Notes: generated by a model not told the origin, from the sequence alone. A DNA stretch of 64,000 nucleotides from the human T2T-CHM13v2.0 reference genome, Homo sapiens (GCF_009914755.1 NC_060947.1), one strand, 5' to 3'. Numbered from the stretch's first letter, positions 41,824-56,545 are shown. Numbers and translations: made by a program.

Positions 41824-42963
41824 TCAAGTGAAAAAGATAAGAGGTAAAATATTATGCGTAGTACATAACATTTATATAAATTAAACAAATACCAAATAGA
41901 ATTTCAGGCATAAAAGGCCAGAAATCATGTAAAGAGTCATTTAGTTACTTTGCCTGTATTATTTTTTCCATATAAAGCCTCTTTAAATACTGTTCAAACA
42001 TGAATTTCATGGTATTCCCCATTACAGAGCCATAGAATACAGCTGTAAACAAAGCAAAATCCTTTATCTCATGGAGCTTGCTAAGGAGGTGGAGACAAAA
42101 GATAAACAAGTAAATAAATGCATACACTGTGGAGGTGTGAAGTAAGTACTATAAAGAAAAAAAAATAAAAGGAAGGGCATACAACTCCATCAACACAACT
42201 ATGGCCCCAAATACTTTCCTCTGTCCCCATCACTATGGAACTATACCATGAATTCAAGTTCTTTAAATTTATTCAAGTTTCCAATGGGTGGCAACTCATA
42301 CTTTAACACATTACCTCAGCAAATAAAATGAAAATATTTTATCTACTTAGAAATAAAGATTTCCAAAAGATTAAAATTTTTGCTGAAAATAGTAAACCTT
42401 ACATTTTCAATAGAGACAGTTATTGTTAGATAGAAAAAGTTCCTGGACTGAAACTCTAAAAACAAAGTTTTTATTTTGAAATTTACTACCTGCCAAATGG
42501 TGGTCTTGAGACAAGTCATTTCGCTGTCTATGAGTTACTAGGAAGGGCTTGAGCTCTTAGTGTGTCAATGGGGGTGTGCTGTTGGCATTTTGGGTGGGAA
42601 TGTTATGGGTAACTGTCTTGAGCCATTCACCACACTGATTATCTCTCTTCCCCACCCTTTAAATGCCACAGCACTCTACAGTCATAGATATAACCCCCAT
42701 ACAGATCCCATTTCCTTATACTCCATGGGCAGGGGGCGGTCAGTACCAAGTAAGAAACACTTCTAAATCCCTTCAAAAGTTTCAAGGTCATGAAAACAAA
42801 GGAAGACAGAGAAAGTGTCATAGAGTGGATCAGACTAAGGAGAAATAGATTCTTAAACAGAAAAAGGACATTAGTAGAAAAAGTGAACCAACGTGAATTT
42901 CTTTGTTTGGATAAGTCTACCGTGGTTATTTAACATGATATCATAAGGGAATTGGGGTTAGAG

Positions 42964-43181
42964 CAGGGTTTCTCAATAGCACCATTAAGATTTTAGCCTG
43001 GATAATTCTAGGTTGTCGGGGACTGTCTATGTTTTGTATGATATATAGCAGCATCCCTAGCCTCTACATACTAGATGCCAGTAGCACATCCAATTGTGAA
43101 AACCAAAATGTCTCCAGAAATTGCCAGATATCCTTGGGAGCAATTGCAGGGAACCCCCCCACCAAGTGTTGAGAACCACTG
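42964..43181 (-). mobile_element. MER20
   Basis: cagggtttctcaa...gttgagaaccactg termini. Confidence 0.75.
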
Positions 43182-45330
43182 GTACGTAGGGACTCTCTAT
43201 ATTAACTTTGTAACTCTTTTGTAAATCTTTTTAATTAAATACACAGACATATACATACATATAAGAGCAAAGCAGTTATTTAAAAAGTTGCCTGGGCACA
43301 GTAAAAGTATCTACACGAAAAATAAAAACTAGGCAACGTTTTAATGCTTTTGACTAGCTTCATTGATAAGGAGATAACAGATTTAAAAAATTTGTTTGAA
43401 ATTAAGAAAGCTGTATTCAAATGCAAGATACTGGTACCCACCAGCATAAGGATGGTATTAATAGTTACCTGAATTTTTTAAAAATTCTTTGTTATACATT
43501 CAGATGTAAAATTATTTATTATGATGACTTCCATCGTACTAGTTTCTTAAGCATCATTTCTCTAAGATTGATATAAAGAGAAGAGGTAAATAGTTTTGGC
43601 TGTTTGTGGTCTTCTTCAACAGGACAATGTTGTGTCCTTCCTACATGATGTTTCTGCCCAAATATGTAACTCGTCTCAAGATTCTAAGCAAACAAAAAGG
43701 TAACCTAATGTTCAACAAATGTCACCAACAGATATATAACTCTACAGACGTGTTTATATTTTGTTCACATACAGGCAGTTGAACTAAGAATTAATAAGCC
43801 CACTTCCCACAGTAGCAATGTTGTGGGAAGGGGGCCAGGGGAAAGCCTAGCCCTGCTCTGAAGGCAGCAAAGGCTGTATATGAAGATGGAGACACACTCT
43901 GGGCTGATACTTCCTACTTGCTTGGATGATGCTTTCAGAAACTAACTGATGTCTTGGCCTCCCCAAGAGTAAGAAACCGAGGTCCAACAAGAGCTAATAC
44001 CCAGGCAACAGGGAACTGCTTCTACTCTGGCCATTGTGTGCCAAATCCACCATGGGAGCATCCTCCTGTGGGACTGAGGTGAAAAAGAGAAAGAAATTGG
44101 GGGGATGGGGGGACACGGTTTTCTTGTGTCCACTGCACCTCAATAGACAGGCCTCTGGTTTAAGAGCCAGGATGTTAAACATGCTTCATTCACTCACAAC
44201 TATTTACTAAGAGCTAACCTTGATTAGCCAGTATGGTTAGGGATATGGTTAGGAAAAGAGTTCCTACTACAGCGGCCTTCAGATTCCGTGCCCCATCCCA
44301 TGCAGGAATTTAGTGATGCTAAGACTCTTGAAAACCAAGACCAGAGTCTTGAGTCCACCAGAGCATTAAATACCAAAGTGGAAGCCAGTAACCCCCACGG
44401 TGGCAGAATTTGCACATAGTTCCATGCCCTATGTGAGAATAGACCCAGGACATGGGGAGGACAAAGAGCTTCTAGATTTCACATGGCTTGTCTGCATTCT
44501 TTGTCAGGAGGGTCTCTAATCCCTGCCCTGATTTGAACTTCATGATCTCCAAGCAAAGAGCACCTGTTTTAATTTGATCAGTTGCAGGGTCACTAGGGAG
44601 ATTATCAAATATTTTGTCCATTTGCAGCAGATTTCTCTTGTGCCCTGGGACATGAGGACATGAGTCCCAAGTCTGTCCTGTGCTGTAAGCCCCCATATTC
44701 CTGAAGCTTGGCCCACGTGGATTCAGTAAGTGATTGGGGGGAAAAATGGATGGATGAAAGAAGGTTAACATCTCAGTGCTTCTGACATTATTCCCAGAGA
44801 GACAAACTGAGGAAGTAAATTGGTCCAGGGCTGTAATAACAGAAAAGAGAGGCAGGGAGGGAAGGAGATTACTTTCCCGAAACTTTATCTACTCACCTAC
44901 AAATACTCAGACAACAAAACAAAACACAGAACTCTCTGGCAAAAGAAGAATCCTGAATATACTGTAGATGAAAGTAGCCAAGAAGAACTGTAAATGTGAA
45001 GGCAGAAAGTTGGTGCTAAAAAGGAAGTAACATGAAGAATGACTGCACATAGTTCTGTAATTTATGTATTAAGGAACCAAAGGATACAAATTTCTTCCAG
45101 TTATAGATTATGTGCAACTAATGTGACTTCTCCATGGCCTTTCTTCCAAATGTGACTACATTGAATGTCCTCCAAGATTTGTACAGAATGAAAAATTGAT
45201 CAACAAGCATTTCTTGAGCTAAACATGTCTTTTTAAAGCACGTTTTGATGTCATAAAGAAACTGAAATGCCATTAGCACAACTAAATAAAAATCCTACAT
45301 TTTCAAGATTTTAAATATGAATGAGTCCAA

Positions 45331-46850
45331 TGGAATTATTTTTTGTTGTTGTTAGAGCAACTCAGCGAAACAAAATTCTAATTTATTGTTCATCATATTG
45401 TTTCACACATATGTCAAAGAGGCCAAAAAAATAAACAGCAACTTTACAGACAAAAAAAAAAAAAAGGCAGGGAGGGGAGTGAGAAACCTTTTATCTTTGG
45501 CCTTTTTAACCATCTCATACAAACTTATAGTACCGCTAAGTTCATATACAAAAAAGACACTGGAACACTCGGAATAAGATTTTGTTGTTGTTGTTGTTGT
45601 TTTTGCTTTTCTTCAAGGTTTGTTTTTTCTTTGAACTGTATCATGAACATGGTCACACCACAAGTAAAGTCAGAAGTAAGACAGAGAAAGCTCTGAAGGC
45701 TGGTTTGATCATTTGAAATCATTAAAAATGGCTGACCCCTAACAATATGTACAAAAATATACAATGAAAATAAAAAATATTGCCAGGTACAGTGGCTCAC
45801 GCCTGTAATCCCAGGACTCTCGAGGCTGAGGCGGGCAGATCACCTGAGGTCAGGAGTTCGAGACAGCCTGGCCAACATGGTGAAACCCCGTCTCTACTAA
45901 AAATACAAAAATTAGCCAGGCGTTGTGGCAGGCACCTGTAATCCTTGCTACTCGGGAAACTGAGGCAGGAGAATTGCGTTAACCGAGGAGATGGAAGTTG
46001 CAGTGAGCCAAGATGGCGCCACTGCACTCCACCCTGGGTGACAGAGCGAGACTCCATCTCAAAAAAAAACAAATAAATAAACAATGTAAATAAAAAATAT
46101 GAACAAATTTTTTTCTTGAAGTACTTTTAAGGAAAAAAGCTGAGCTTTGGAAGTTTGGGGTTTTTTTTCCTCCCCTGTTGCAAATTCTTGTGGTTTGGGT
46201 TGGGTGGTGAAGAGTGCTTGCCCGGCAGGCCTCTCTACTTCAAGATGACTACACTTAGATTCTGAAACAGGGTGAAGAGTGAATGGATCACGGTGGCCTT
46301 TTCTCTTTTTTTCTTTTTTTTAATTTAACTTTTCCTTTTTTGCTGTCTAGTCAACCTCATCAGTCTTCTGCTTCTTGGTATCAACGTTGTCATCCTCAGC
46401 ATCTTCAACTGCCCATTTGCCCATAGCATCCTCAGCTGCCACATCTTCATCTTCATCCTCTTCCTCACCATCACCTTCTTCCTCCTCTTTTTCCTCCCCA
46501 TATTCTTCCTATTCTTCTTCTACCTCATTGTCAGCCTCCTGTTTCCCATTTTCCTCATTAGCGTTCCCATTACCAGGACCATCTCTTCCCTTCTCTGCCT
46601 CCTCCACAACTTCTTTCTTCTCCTTTAAGACTTTGGTGATGATCTTGGAGCTGGTGTCCACAGTTGCATCTGACATGGTGGGGCACACCAGTGACCAATG
46701 CAGTGGACTAAAAAGAAACCGAGAGTTTGGGGACTGGCAATAATGCAGAGTCCGAGAAGGGCAGGTGTAGCTGCAGCAAGCTGGAAGCCAAACCCAAAAA
46801 CAATGCAAATATGGCTTTTCAGAGCAGCCAGTGGGCTGGTGGAATTATTT
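45331..46850 (-). pseudogene. Prothymosin alpha (PTMA) processed pseudogene
   Basis: ATG at 46676, MSDATVDTSSKIITKVLKEKKEVVEEAE...; original stop at 46347-46349 (110 codons); premature TAG at 46509-46511; no introns; AATAAA at 45382-45387; degenerate A-tail; 11-bp TSD tggaattattt at 45331-45341 and 46840-46850. Confidence 0.95.
45782..46082 (+). mobile_element. AluS inserted in the PTMA pseudogene 3'UTR
   Basis: Full dimer; TSD aatg(a/t)aaataaaaaatat. Confidence 0.93.
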
Positions 46851-49800
46851 GAATTCACTTTAATAATCATTTTGACCAATTGTTTTTACCAAGAAATTAT
46901 ATTAATTCATACATAAGTAACTTCTTTCAGCAAATCATGAAAGAGAGGTAAAAATGTTTACTCCTTTTCCTCAAGTGTGGAAAGCCCTGGTCTGAAGGTT
47001 TCTCTAAGAATTGGCTCCACTGCCATTTTTCATCAATGGCGCCAGACAGGGCCAACTGCCTCCAAAGAGTGGTAAGAATCTGGCTCTTGTTTCTGGAAAT
47101 CAAAAGGACTAAATAGGCGCTGGGCTGCTGTTTTACAAGCACAAGACCGTTAATCCCCTTACTGTGGATACAACAGCACGTTGTTCCTTTTTAGATCACA
47201 AGACTTATCCTTGAATAATTAGGCAGAGGCAGAAATCCATTATATATTCTACACCATTTAACTCAGAAAGAGAAAGCCTTGCCTGAGTTAGACTTTATCT
47301 TTCTTGCTAAAAATGATAAATTATCTAAAAGTTGATGTTTGAGTAAACTAGGCATATTAAGTTTCCAGTTGACCTGGGAATTAGACTAAACTTTGGATTA
47401 GATTATAGCTTCCTTAGAAATTCCTTTCAACATTTTAAAATTCCTGTGAAACTGTTTTAGTAAATCTGGCCTAAATCATATTTTAAACAGTTGAAAACAC
47501 TTGGTTGCCATCTTCAATCCAAGTTCCAGGAAAACCTCAAGTAACCTCAACTAATGAAACCAGAGCTTTCCCTTAACTTCATTTTTCCATCTATCTCCCA
47601 TTCTGCTCCTAAAAAAATACAGCAATAGCAAAAAAAGCATTTAATATCAGAAATTGTGAACGATGATTTTGAAAGAGTTGTCTTGTTGCTGTCACATTTG
47701 ATCTATCTTTCTACAATGTCTACCAGGGCTAGGTTCCTGGGTGTGGACCTGGTGCAGTGTGGGACCTGGTCTTAGTCCTCATTCGAATCTCAGTGCTCAG
47801 CACGTAGCAGGCTTTCAGTAGAGGTCACTTAATCCTGTGGCTCCAGCCACAGCAGTGTAGTTCCACGGGCTGGCCTCATGGACAGCAGTGAAGGAAGAGG
47901 TTGATGTTGCTCACACTGTTCCCTTTGGGCACTCTGTCAGCTCCTTCTTCCTCGCCTCTTGACAGCATCTGGGGCAGATGGTGTGGCTTTCCTGTCACTT
48001 CCGGCTGCTAAGGCATCCAGGCCAGTCTAACCAAAACTGCCTTCCTGCCTCTCACCTACAGCTGCTCTCCTTCCAGCAGTTCTGGCCAGAGCAGGGACCT
48101 GAGTGGTGGGCTCCAGCCATTTCCTCCGGGCTCCACTCCCTACTCCCTCCCTGCCTGTGTTCCCCTCCACCATGCTTCATTCTCCTCGCTTAGGGACAGG
48201 AAAGCAAGATGATGGGGGCGTGAGATAGATAAGGAAAGGCCAAATTATTCTTCCTGGACCTGGGTCCTTGTGGTTCCCCCGCTTTGAGAGGTCTTCTGTG
48301 GTAGTGGACGTCCAGATGCTCTCCACTCAGAATGCTCCTGTGGGGCCTTCAAGGGCCCCTCCAGGGACCTCTGCACTGCATCTTCCCCTGACATGGGTGA
48401 CACGCTGACTGATTTCCTCCACCCCGCCTCGGCTCTGCCTCCGGGGTGTACACCTCCAGCCTCACTCTGCTGCCTTGCCTTGCTCTGTCTCACTTAGGGA
48501 CATGGGCCCAATAGGCAGTAACTCTATCCTGTTCCCTTCCAAAGCCTCTGCTTGGCCCCAGGAATATATTCAAGTGCAGACTGCTCAAAAAACTGCTCTC
48601 TCTCTCCCCAGTCACAGGTACTCAAGCCAGCCTTCCACCATGAGACTTCTCTGGCTAAGAAGTAGCCACCAGTTTCTGTTCCAGATACACTCTCAGTGGC
48701 TAGGGACACCATCATATTCTCTAGAACTCCAGCTACTGTTACTCTAGTGGCAACTTGACGGAGTCCTGAGAATGTCTGCAAGTTGGGGAGCATCCCTCCA
48801 GAAAATATTATGCCAGTCTCCTTTCTTAAAGACAACTGTATCCTCTATGAGCACTTCTCTACCTGACTTCAGGTAGGTAGGGATGCAAACAAGAATATCA
48901 CTCCAACACATCATCACTCGTAAGGAATGGGGACCAACTCATCAGCATGAACTCAGTTGTCAACACCCTAGCTGGCCGCACTGGGGAATCTGCACAGGAA
49001 CCCATTCCCAGCCCTGTTCAAGTCCTAGGGGAGTGGAAATGCCACAGCCCTCTCTGCAAGCCCACACCCTCAGCCTCTCTGATCCCCTTAGGGAATCCCT
49101 GGTTTCTCTTCCACTGCCTGCCTGCGGTGATGGTAACTGGACTAGATCAGCTCTCCAACAAGACATCACTTCCTTTTTCATAGCCATGCAAGCTTCTACT
49201 GTAAGTATATGCCAATTGTACGTTTCCAAATAGGAAGAGGCATGCTCAGGAGACAATGAGCTCTGTATCATTGGTGGTGACCAAACTTGATATAAGAGAT
49301 GTTGTAGATATCACCCTGGGTAAAAGGTGGGATGAAAGTGAGACTATTCATTATTCTGTTAATTACTTGAATATCTTTATTTTTAATTCACGTGATTTGG
49401 TTTATTTTTGTGCTTTACAGTTTTCTGCAATATTAGTAGATAAACAATGGTGGGCGGGGGGGAGACAATAAACAGCCAGTCCCAAAACTTGGATCCTGAA
49501 GCTATCCTGGAAAGGAATATTTGCCACACTCCTTCAGTCTGCCCACATTGGCACCAAAAGATTTCTGGAAGGCGGCTACTGGTATCTTCCATCCACCTGC
49601 CACACTGGAGAGAAGCAGCCTCTCCGCAAAGCTATTTTCAATCCAATCTTGCATTATGTGGTGCCCTTTCCCATAGCTCTTCATGTAGGGGTGCAGCTTC
49701 CAATATGGCAGTGCATGTGGAATCCAGGCCAGCAGCTGAATTGCATCTTAAACACATCTCGCTCGCCAATTCATCCCCTTGATAGCAGTATTACCAGGAC

Positions 49801-49912
49801 TCATACTGCCTGACTCTTTACAGAAAAATGTGTACTGACCCTCAGTCCAGTTTTGCAGTTTTGATTTTTACAACTGACACTGGCAACAAAAGCTTCTACT
49901 TTTCTTGAAGGT

Positions 49913-49961
49913 GCCATTACTTGCAATGGCAAAAACCACAATTACTATTTCACCAACCCGA
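49913..49961. mobile_element. Partial MADE1 (Hsmar1 MITE)
   Basis: tgccattacttgcaatggcaaaaaccacaattactatttcaccaacc. Confidence 0.7.
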
Positions 49962-49981
49962 CATATATCCTGTGTACCCAA

Positions 49982-50279
49982 TTTTTTTTTTTTTTTGAGA
50001 CAGAGTCTCACTCTGTCACCCAGGCTGGAGTGCAGTGGCACCATCATAGTTCACTACAGCCTCAAACTCCCAGGCTCAAGTGATCTCAGCCTCCTGAGTA
50101 GCTGGGACTATTGGTGTGTGCCACCATGCCCAGCTAATTTTTGCATTTTTTGTAGAAACGAGGTTTCGCCATGTTGTCCATGTTGCCCAGGCTGGTCTCG
50201 AACTCCTGGGCTCAAGTGATCTGCCTGCCTCGGCCTCCCAAAGTTTTGGGATTGGAGGCGTGAGCCACTGCACCCAGCC
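49982..50279 (-). mobile_element. AluJ
   Basis: PolyT start, AluJ-like body. Confidence 0.92.
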
Positions 50280-51990
50280 CCAGTGCCCAACTGTAAGTCA
50301 AACAACCTTTCAAATAAACCGGATCAGATATTCATAGACTCCTACAATGCTCCAGATTCTGAAGGAAGATATTTTAAAGGTAAACTCCCAAAAATCAATC
50401 TGAAATGTTATATACTTAAATTAAAATTTCCTAAGAATGGAAACACTTAATTTAACTTAGTCATGTACTAGGTGAAATGTGATCATTTAAAGGAACTAAT
50501 AGTGCCATGAACACAGCAATGTATAAAACTTGCTTACAAGAAGGGCTAGAAGAAAATACAAAGAGAATATTTAAGAGGTTACCATTGTGAGATAACCAGT
50601 GGCTTTTCTTCTTATTTTTTTTTCCTGTTCAACTTTTTGTAATGTAATCACCTTATTTTTATTGAAAAAAGTTATTATAAATAGTTGTGAAAGAATGCTG
50701 CAGTTTAATGGCATGAAATACAATATATATAATTTTAAGATCTATAAAACAGGAGTAGAACTTAGGGCAAAGTTTTGTTTTATTATATACCTTCTTTTCA
50801 TTTTTTGAATCACGTTAATATATTATTTTAAAACATATATTTAAAATATACATGTGTGTATACACAAATGTATATGTGTTCATTTTGCTCCCTCAAATTC
50901 CACTCTTCTGTTTCATTCTTTATATTCATATCCCATGCATCAGATATTGTGGATGTGAGGGAGACCAATTAATAGTAATCATCTATACTGGGCCTTGAAT
51001 TATTATAGAATTAAGACAAAAAGATTGTACAGATGGGAGACCAAAATAAAAGGTTAGGTTGGAGGATATGACTTTAATCAGCAGGCAGAATTTCTCCCTA
51101 ATTTAAAAAAAATCCTGAAATGAAATATATTCACCTCCATTGTCTCAAGTAGAGCATAAGTGAGGCAGGTATTGTCCTGTACTGGAGTAATACACAAGAT
51201 ATTTAACCCTTCATATAAAATGGCACCTACTAAATGCTCCTCAGCTGCAAACAGCAAGTACAACCTTAGGGTATATGCACCTGTGCATGCAGGGCCTGGT
51301 TCTGTACTTAGCTAGAGAGTTGCATGAGAGACGTCTGCTATCATTTGGGGATGGCTACCTCACAAGGAGAAAGGAACCCATGCCCAGGTTCTCCTTCCAG
51401 CTCACCAATCACATAAGTCATTTTACCTCTCAAGGGAGGAGTGAAGAAGGGAATAGAGAAAGACCAGGAATGTTACCCTCATCACAAATAGAGAAAGAAA
51501 GAAACATCATAGAGAAGATTCCTCCAGAAGAACAGACAAAAAATATAAAACTATTAAAAGTCATATTAAGTGCTTTTAAGAAAATAAACAAGGTACTATG
51601 ATAAATACCAAGAGTGGAAAGAACTTATACACACTTAGGTTATTTTCAAAATAAGAGTAAAATTCTTTGGTATCTATCTGCAAGAAAATTATATATATAT
51701 ATATATATACACACATACACACAATAGAAATGTAGAAAGCTTAGGATATATAGCTGCAATTTTGAGGGATATTTATCTTCATATTATCTATTAAACAAAG
51801 AGCATTGTTGGAACATGATATAAACTGTAAGATGAGTTAGATTATAAAAGTTATTTTTAAGTTTAATAAAAGTGTGAATCCCTTTGAAAAATTAGCTTAA
51901 TAAATTATTTTCAAAATCAAGGTTTGAAATAATGCACTATCTCAAATAATACTGTAAATAATCAGTTAAGATTTCTCATTATTTGCTTAC

Positions 51991-52076
51991 TCTGTTGCTT
52001 CTCTGTTGGGAACTTTTCTCATGGAGAAAGCTACCATCGCTTTGAAGAGGTATTCTTCATTGGTATCCCAGGCATA
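51991..52076 (-). CDS. CLTRN: Collectrin CDS exon 3 (YAWDTNEEYLFKAMVAFSMRKVPNREAT-E)
   Basis: Polypyrimidine tract plus CAG acceptor, GTAAGC donor; 86 nt; ACE2/collectrin-type YxWxxNExYLF motif. Confidence 0.97.
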
Positions 52077-52506
52077 CTGAAAAAGAAGGAAAACAAAGTG
52101 TATGGGGGAAAATATGGTCCATTGGTTCTACTTGTACCCACAGTGGCTCTCCCTCTCTCTCTCTCTCCACACACACACACACACACACGCACACACACAC
52201 ACGTTTCTCATATATTAGATACTGGAGACCACGATAAATTATATCCCCATGTTTGGGGTAGGGTTTCTTGGACATTCTAAGTTTGGTGTGTCTCCTGTTG
52301 CACTATCTTCCTAAGAACCTGCAGCATCAGTACCCAGCCAACAAATAGGGCATTTGGACATTTCATCCTGGCCATATATAGTCCATTTTCATTTCCTTCC
52401 TCCCTTTCTCTTTTCCCTCATAAACTCCCTCCCAGTTGCCTTTATTAACATCAGTACAATTTTTAAAAAATTTTCTTAGCCAGAAACTTTAGTGTGTGTG
52501 CGTGCA

Positions 52507-52902
52507 TATTATGGGCTGAATTTTTGTCCTCACCAGAAAAATTTCATGTTGAAGTCCTAACTTGCAATACCTCAGAATTTAACTCTATTTGGAGACAGGG
52601 TCTTTGCAGTGATGATTAAGTCAAAATGAAGTTGTTGGAGTGGGCCCTAATCCACTATGATTGGTGTCCTTAGAAGAGGAAATCTGGACACAGAGGGAAG
52701 ATGATATGAAGACACAGGGAGAAGACAGCCATCTACATACAGGCCAAAGAGAGAGGCCTGGAACAGATCCTTCCTTCACAGCCCTCAGAAGGAACCAACC
52801 CTATGACATCTTGACTTCCAGAACTGAGAGAAAATAAATTTCCGTTGTGTAAGGCACCCAGTCTGTGTTACTCTGTTATGGCAACCCTAGCAAATTAATA
52901 TA
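52507..52902 (+). mobile_element. MLT1 (ERVL-MaLR) solo LTR
   Basis: ttatgggctgaat start, gccctcagaaggaaccaacc, gcaaattaata end. Confidence 0.8.
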
Positions 52903-53459
52903 GTATATTTGACTCACTCTGCTCCTTAATGCAGTAAATGCAAAAAGCCTGAGGCAAAAAGAAACTGAGCTGTTTAAGGACCACTAAGGAGGGTAGCAAC
53001 TAAAGAGAAGCAGGAAGGGAGAAAGTAGCAAAAACTGAGCGGAAGAAGTTGGTGAGGGTGGGGGGTTGGTATATCACAAGGACATTGTCAGGATTGGGGT
53101 TTCACTCTGGGATGGGGAAACATATTTTACCGTTACTGCCTTTCTCCTCTTTGGTGGCAGGGAGGATAGTAAGTAAAAATAAATGACTCCTAAATAACAA
53201 CAACAAAAAATGTATTACTCAGTTACCTTCTCTGGGTAAGGTTTATGACTGTGCTGTACTTTTTCCTTTCTCCTAAATATTTTCATAGCATATTCTTTTT
53301 TTGGAAGGGAGGAGGGATGGGGTCTTGCTGTGCTGTCCAGGCTGGTCTCAAATGTGTGGCCTTAAGTGATCCTCCTGCCTTGGCCTCTGTAACATAGAAC
53401 CTTAAACTTTCTTCAGTTGCTTCTTCCACTTCACCATTTTCTCCTTCAGTCCTACCTTA

Positions 53460-53855
<396 letters not shown>

Positions 53856-55149
53856 TTAAATACTGCATTTTAATGTCAACTTTAGATCTTATTTGAAGTG
53901 CTCCTTCAATGTTTTGATGTGAACTTTTCATTTGATATTATACTATGAAAGTTTAAAAGTAACTGATTGGTGGCATAGCTCTTTGTTTTTGATAATGCAT
54001 TTTTTTCCAAAATTAATTTTATTCAGAATAAGAGTAGCTATGATCTAACCTAATAATAAATGAATAAAACATGAAGAAGAAATGGGTCTGATTAAAAATG
54101 GTGCAGAAACACTATTAAGACAGGGAAGGCTTATTAACAGAATGCAGACACAAGGAATAAGCCTGCTCAAGAACAAATGAGAATAATAAGCTCAGTGCAG
54201 AAAATGAAAATAAAGATGTTAGCCAGCTCTCCCTGGGACATGAATTTCAGTTGCTTTTCAGATCTTGGGGACAACTTGACCTGATCTCCTGTCCTTCCAT
54301 TTGTTCATCTCAAAAACAAGAGCATAAGCTGGCTGGGTAGGAGTCCAATTTTGGTCACAGAACAAAGGTCCAAGCTACTTAGATCAGAACAGAACTGATG
54401 CAGTTCTACATTGGGTTGGGTATCCTGCCAGTGGAACCAACTTATCTTGGGCAAGTGTGAAAAGGATTGAAAGCTTGTGCATTGGACGTAGTGTATTTCT
54501 CCCAGGGCATTCAAACACTTCAAAGAGAGAGCCTCCGCTTATAAAAGGAATTGAGCACATATATTAATGAGAAAATGTACAACTTAAGAGAGGATAAGGT
54601 AAGAGTTACTAAAGCTAAACATTTGTATACTTTATGATCCATTAATCTACTCCAGGGTAAATACCCCCAAAAAAGAAGGCATATGAAAAATACACATATA
54701 AGAATGTCCATAGCAGCTTAACTACCTGTTGTGCGTATACTTGACACATAATAGGTGCTCAATGTGAAATTGAACACATCTTTATATGCCACGTGTGGCT
54801 TCACAGACCAAATGGTACAAATTAATTGCATATATTTATCTATCAGTTTAGATTCCTTGGTTCCTCATTTCAATAACATGTGCCAGGACCTTAAATGCCC
54901 CAGCTCACCTTGCTTTTTGCACACATCTAAGAACACTCAAACCATGGCTAACCCCACATTTTAGGTAAGTAACTGGTATAACTAGAGACAATTACAGAAC
55001 AGGGTTAGTTGGTTTAACTCTAAATTCATGATGACCTACCCCCAAATTGCCTGGGAATCCCTAAGGTTTCACCATCAGTTCTCTTTCTCATGGGTCACAT
55101 AACTATTTCAAACCTCTCTCTAGAGAGAGAACTGATGGTCAATGCTTTT

Positions 55150-56545
55150 TTTTTTTAACCATTTTTCCCAATGGTTTCCCTCAAACCTCACTCTCACTAA
55201 ATGGTTTTGCTTCATAATTTATAGATACATCTCATCAATTTCAACTCTCCCAACCTCCTGACATCAAGATACAACACTTCCTCCATAGACACGTCTTAGC
55301 CGCCTCCTCTCCTGAAGTGCCAGACAGAACTATGCCTATCAGAGGCCATTTCCGTCACTTATATTAGGAATGCTTCTCCTCTGCCCTTCTCAGATCTAAA
55401 CAATATCAGTTCCCCTCCATTCTGTGTATTTAGCTCTGACCGGAGTCTGTTCATTGTCTTTTAACCAAGCTCAAGACTTTCTCATTAAAGCCATAGCAAA
55501 GAGCTGTTGTTTTGCAACAGCAAAAACAAATCATTTTACTCAGTCTTCCTTTCTTCTACCTACTGCTATCTCTTTCCTGCCCTTCACAGCCAAAATTCTC
55601 CCAGGAGTTGTCCACACATCTGTTTCAACATGTTCACCACTCATTTATTTTTTAACTCCCCACTATCTGTCTTCCAGCTCCTCCACCCCACGAAAAGAGC
55701 TCTTTCTAAAATCACCATTGACCTCCATATTGTCCAACACAATGAACATTTTTCAGTCGCCTTCTGGCTTGGCCTCTCAACGGCATTTGATGCTCTTGAA
55801 CACTCCCTACATCTCAAAATGAAACTCCCTAACACAGCCCACATATTCCTTGGCCTGCCTGCTCCTCTCTCTTTAAGCTCATCACCTGCCATGTTCCTCC
55901 TCACTGCCCCAATTCCAGATATTTCTGCCCTCTTTCTAATCTTTACTCTCACCAAGATCCTTCCTGTGATAAGCCTTTGCACATGCTGTTCCCTCTGCCT
56001 TTCCTTCTTTCATTTCCTGTATCACTTCAACTCATGCTTCAGACATCACAGTAAGTGCCAGGTATTGTGGGCCTTGACAAAGCCGAAGTGCCCTTGTACT
56101 TCTTCCCGTAATACTTGTCAAGATTGCACATTTGCATTTGGTTTACTGAATATTTAATAGATGACCAATTCTACTACTACTATAAGCTCCACAAGGGTAA
56201 GGACAAGCCTTAATCACCATTACATCCCAGCATTCAGCATCGTACCTGCTATTAGAGGATACTGGGATGGCCAACCCTGCACACTAGTAGAGACAGTGTA
56301 TTCTGCACTCAGACTGCCTGGGCTCAAATCTTACTTCTGCCACTTGCTGACTTGAAATATTGAGCATGTTACTTAATTTCTTTGAACCTCAGTTTTCTCA
56401 TCCATTCAGTGGGAATACTAATACCTGTACTACTATCTTCCTCAAAGCATTGTTGTGAGGGCTAAATGATTTGATAGGAGTAAGGTGCTTAGAAGAGCCC
56501 CAGCTAGAAAGTAAGATAAGTTCTCAATAAATGCTGGCTGTTATA
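55150..56545 (+). mobile_element. Degenerate L2 fragments followed by a MIR (~56280-56545)
   Basis: aaaatcaccattgacctccatattgtc, gcctttgcacatgctgttccctctgcct and taagctccacaagggtaagga L2 motifs; MIR core cctcagttttctcatc. Confidence 0.65.

Noticed and set aside
46375-46743. Ser-rich 122-aa plus-strand ORF
   Set aside because: Antisense reading of the Glu/Asp-rich PTMA pseudogene
55507-56157. Longest ORF in the track (216 aa)
   Set aside because: Non-ATG start, lies in decayed L2 sequence, and has no recognisable domain or splice context
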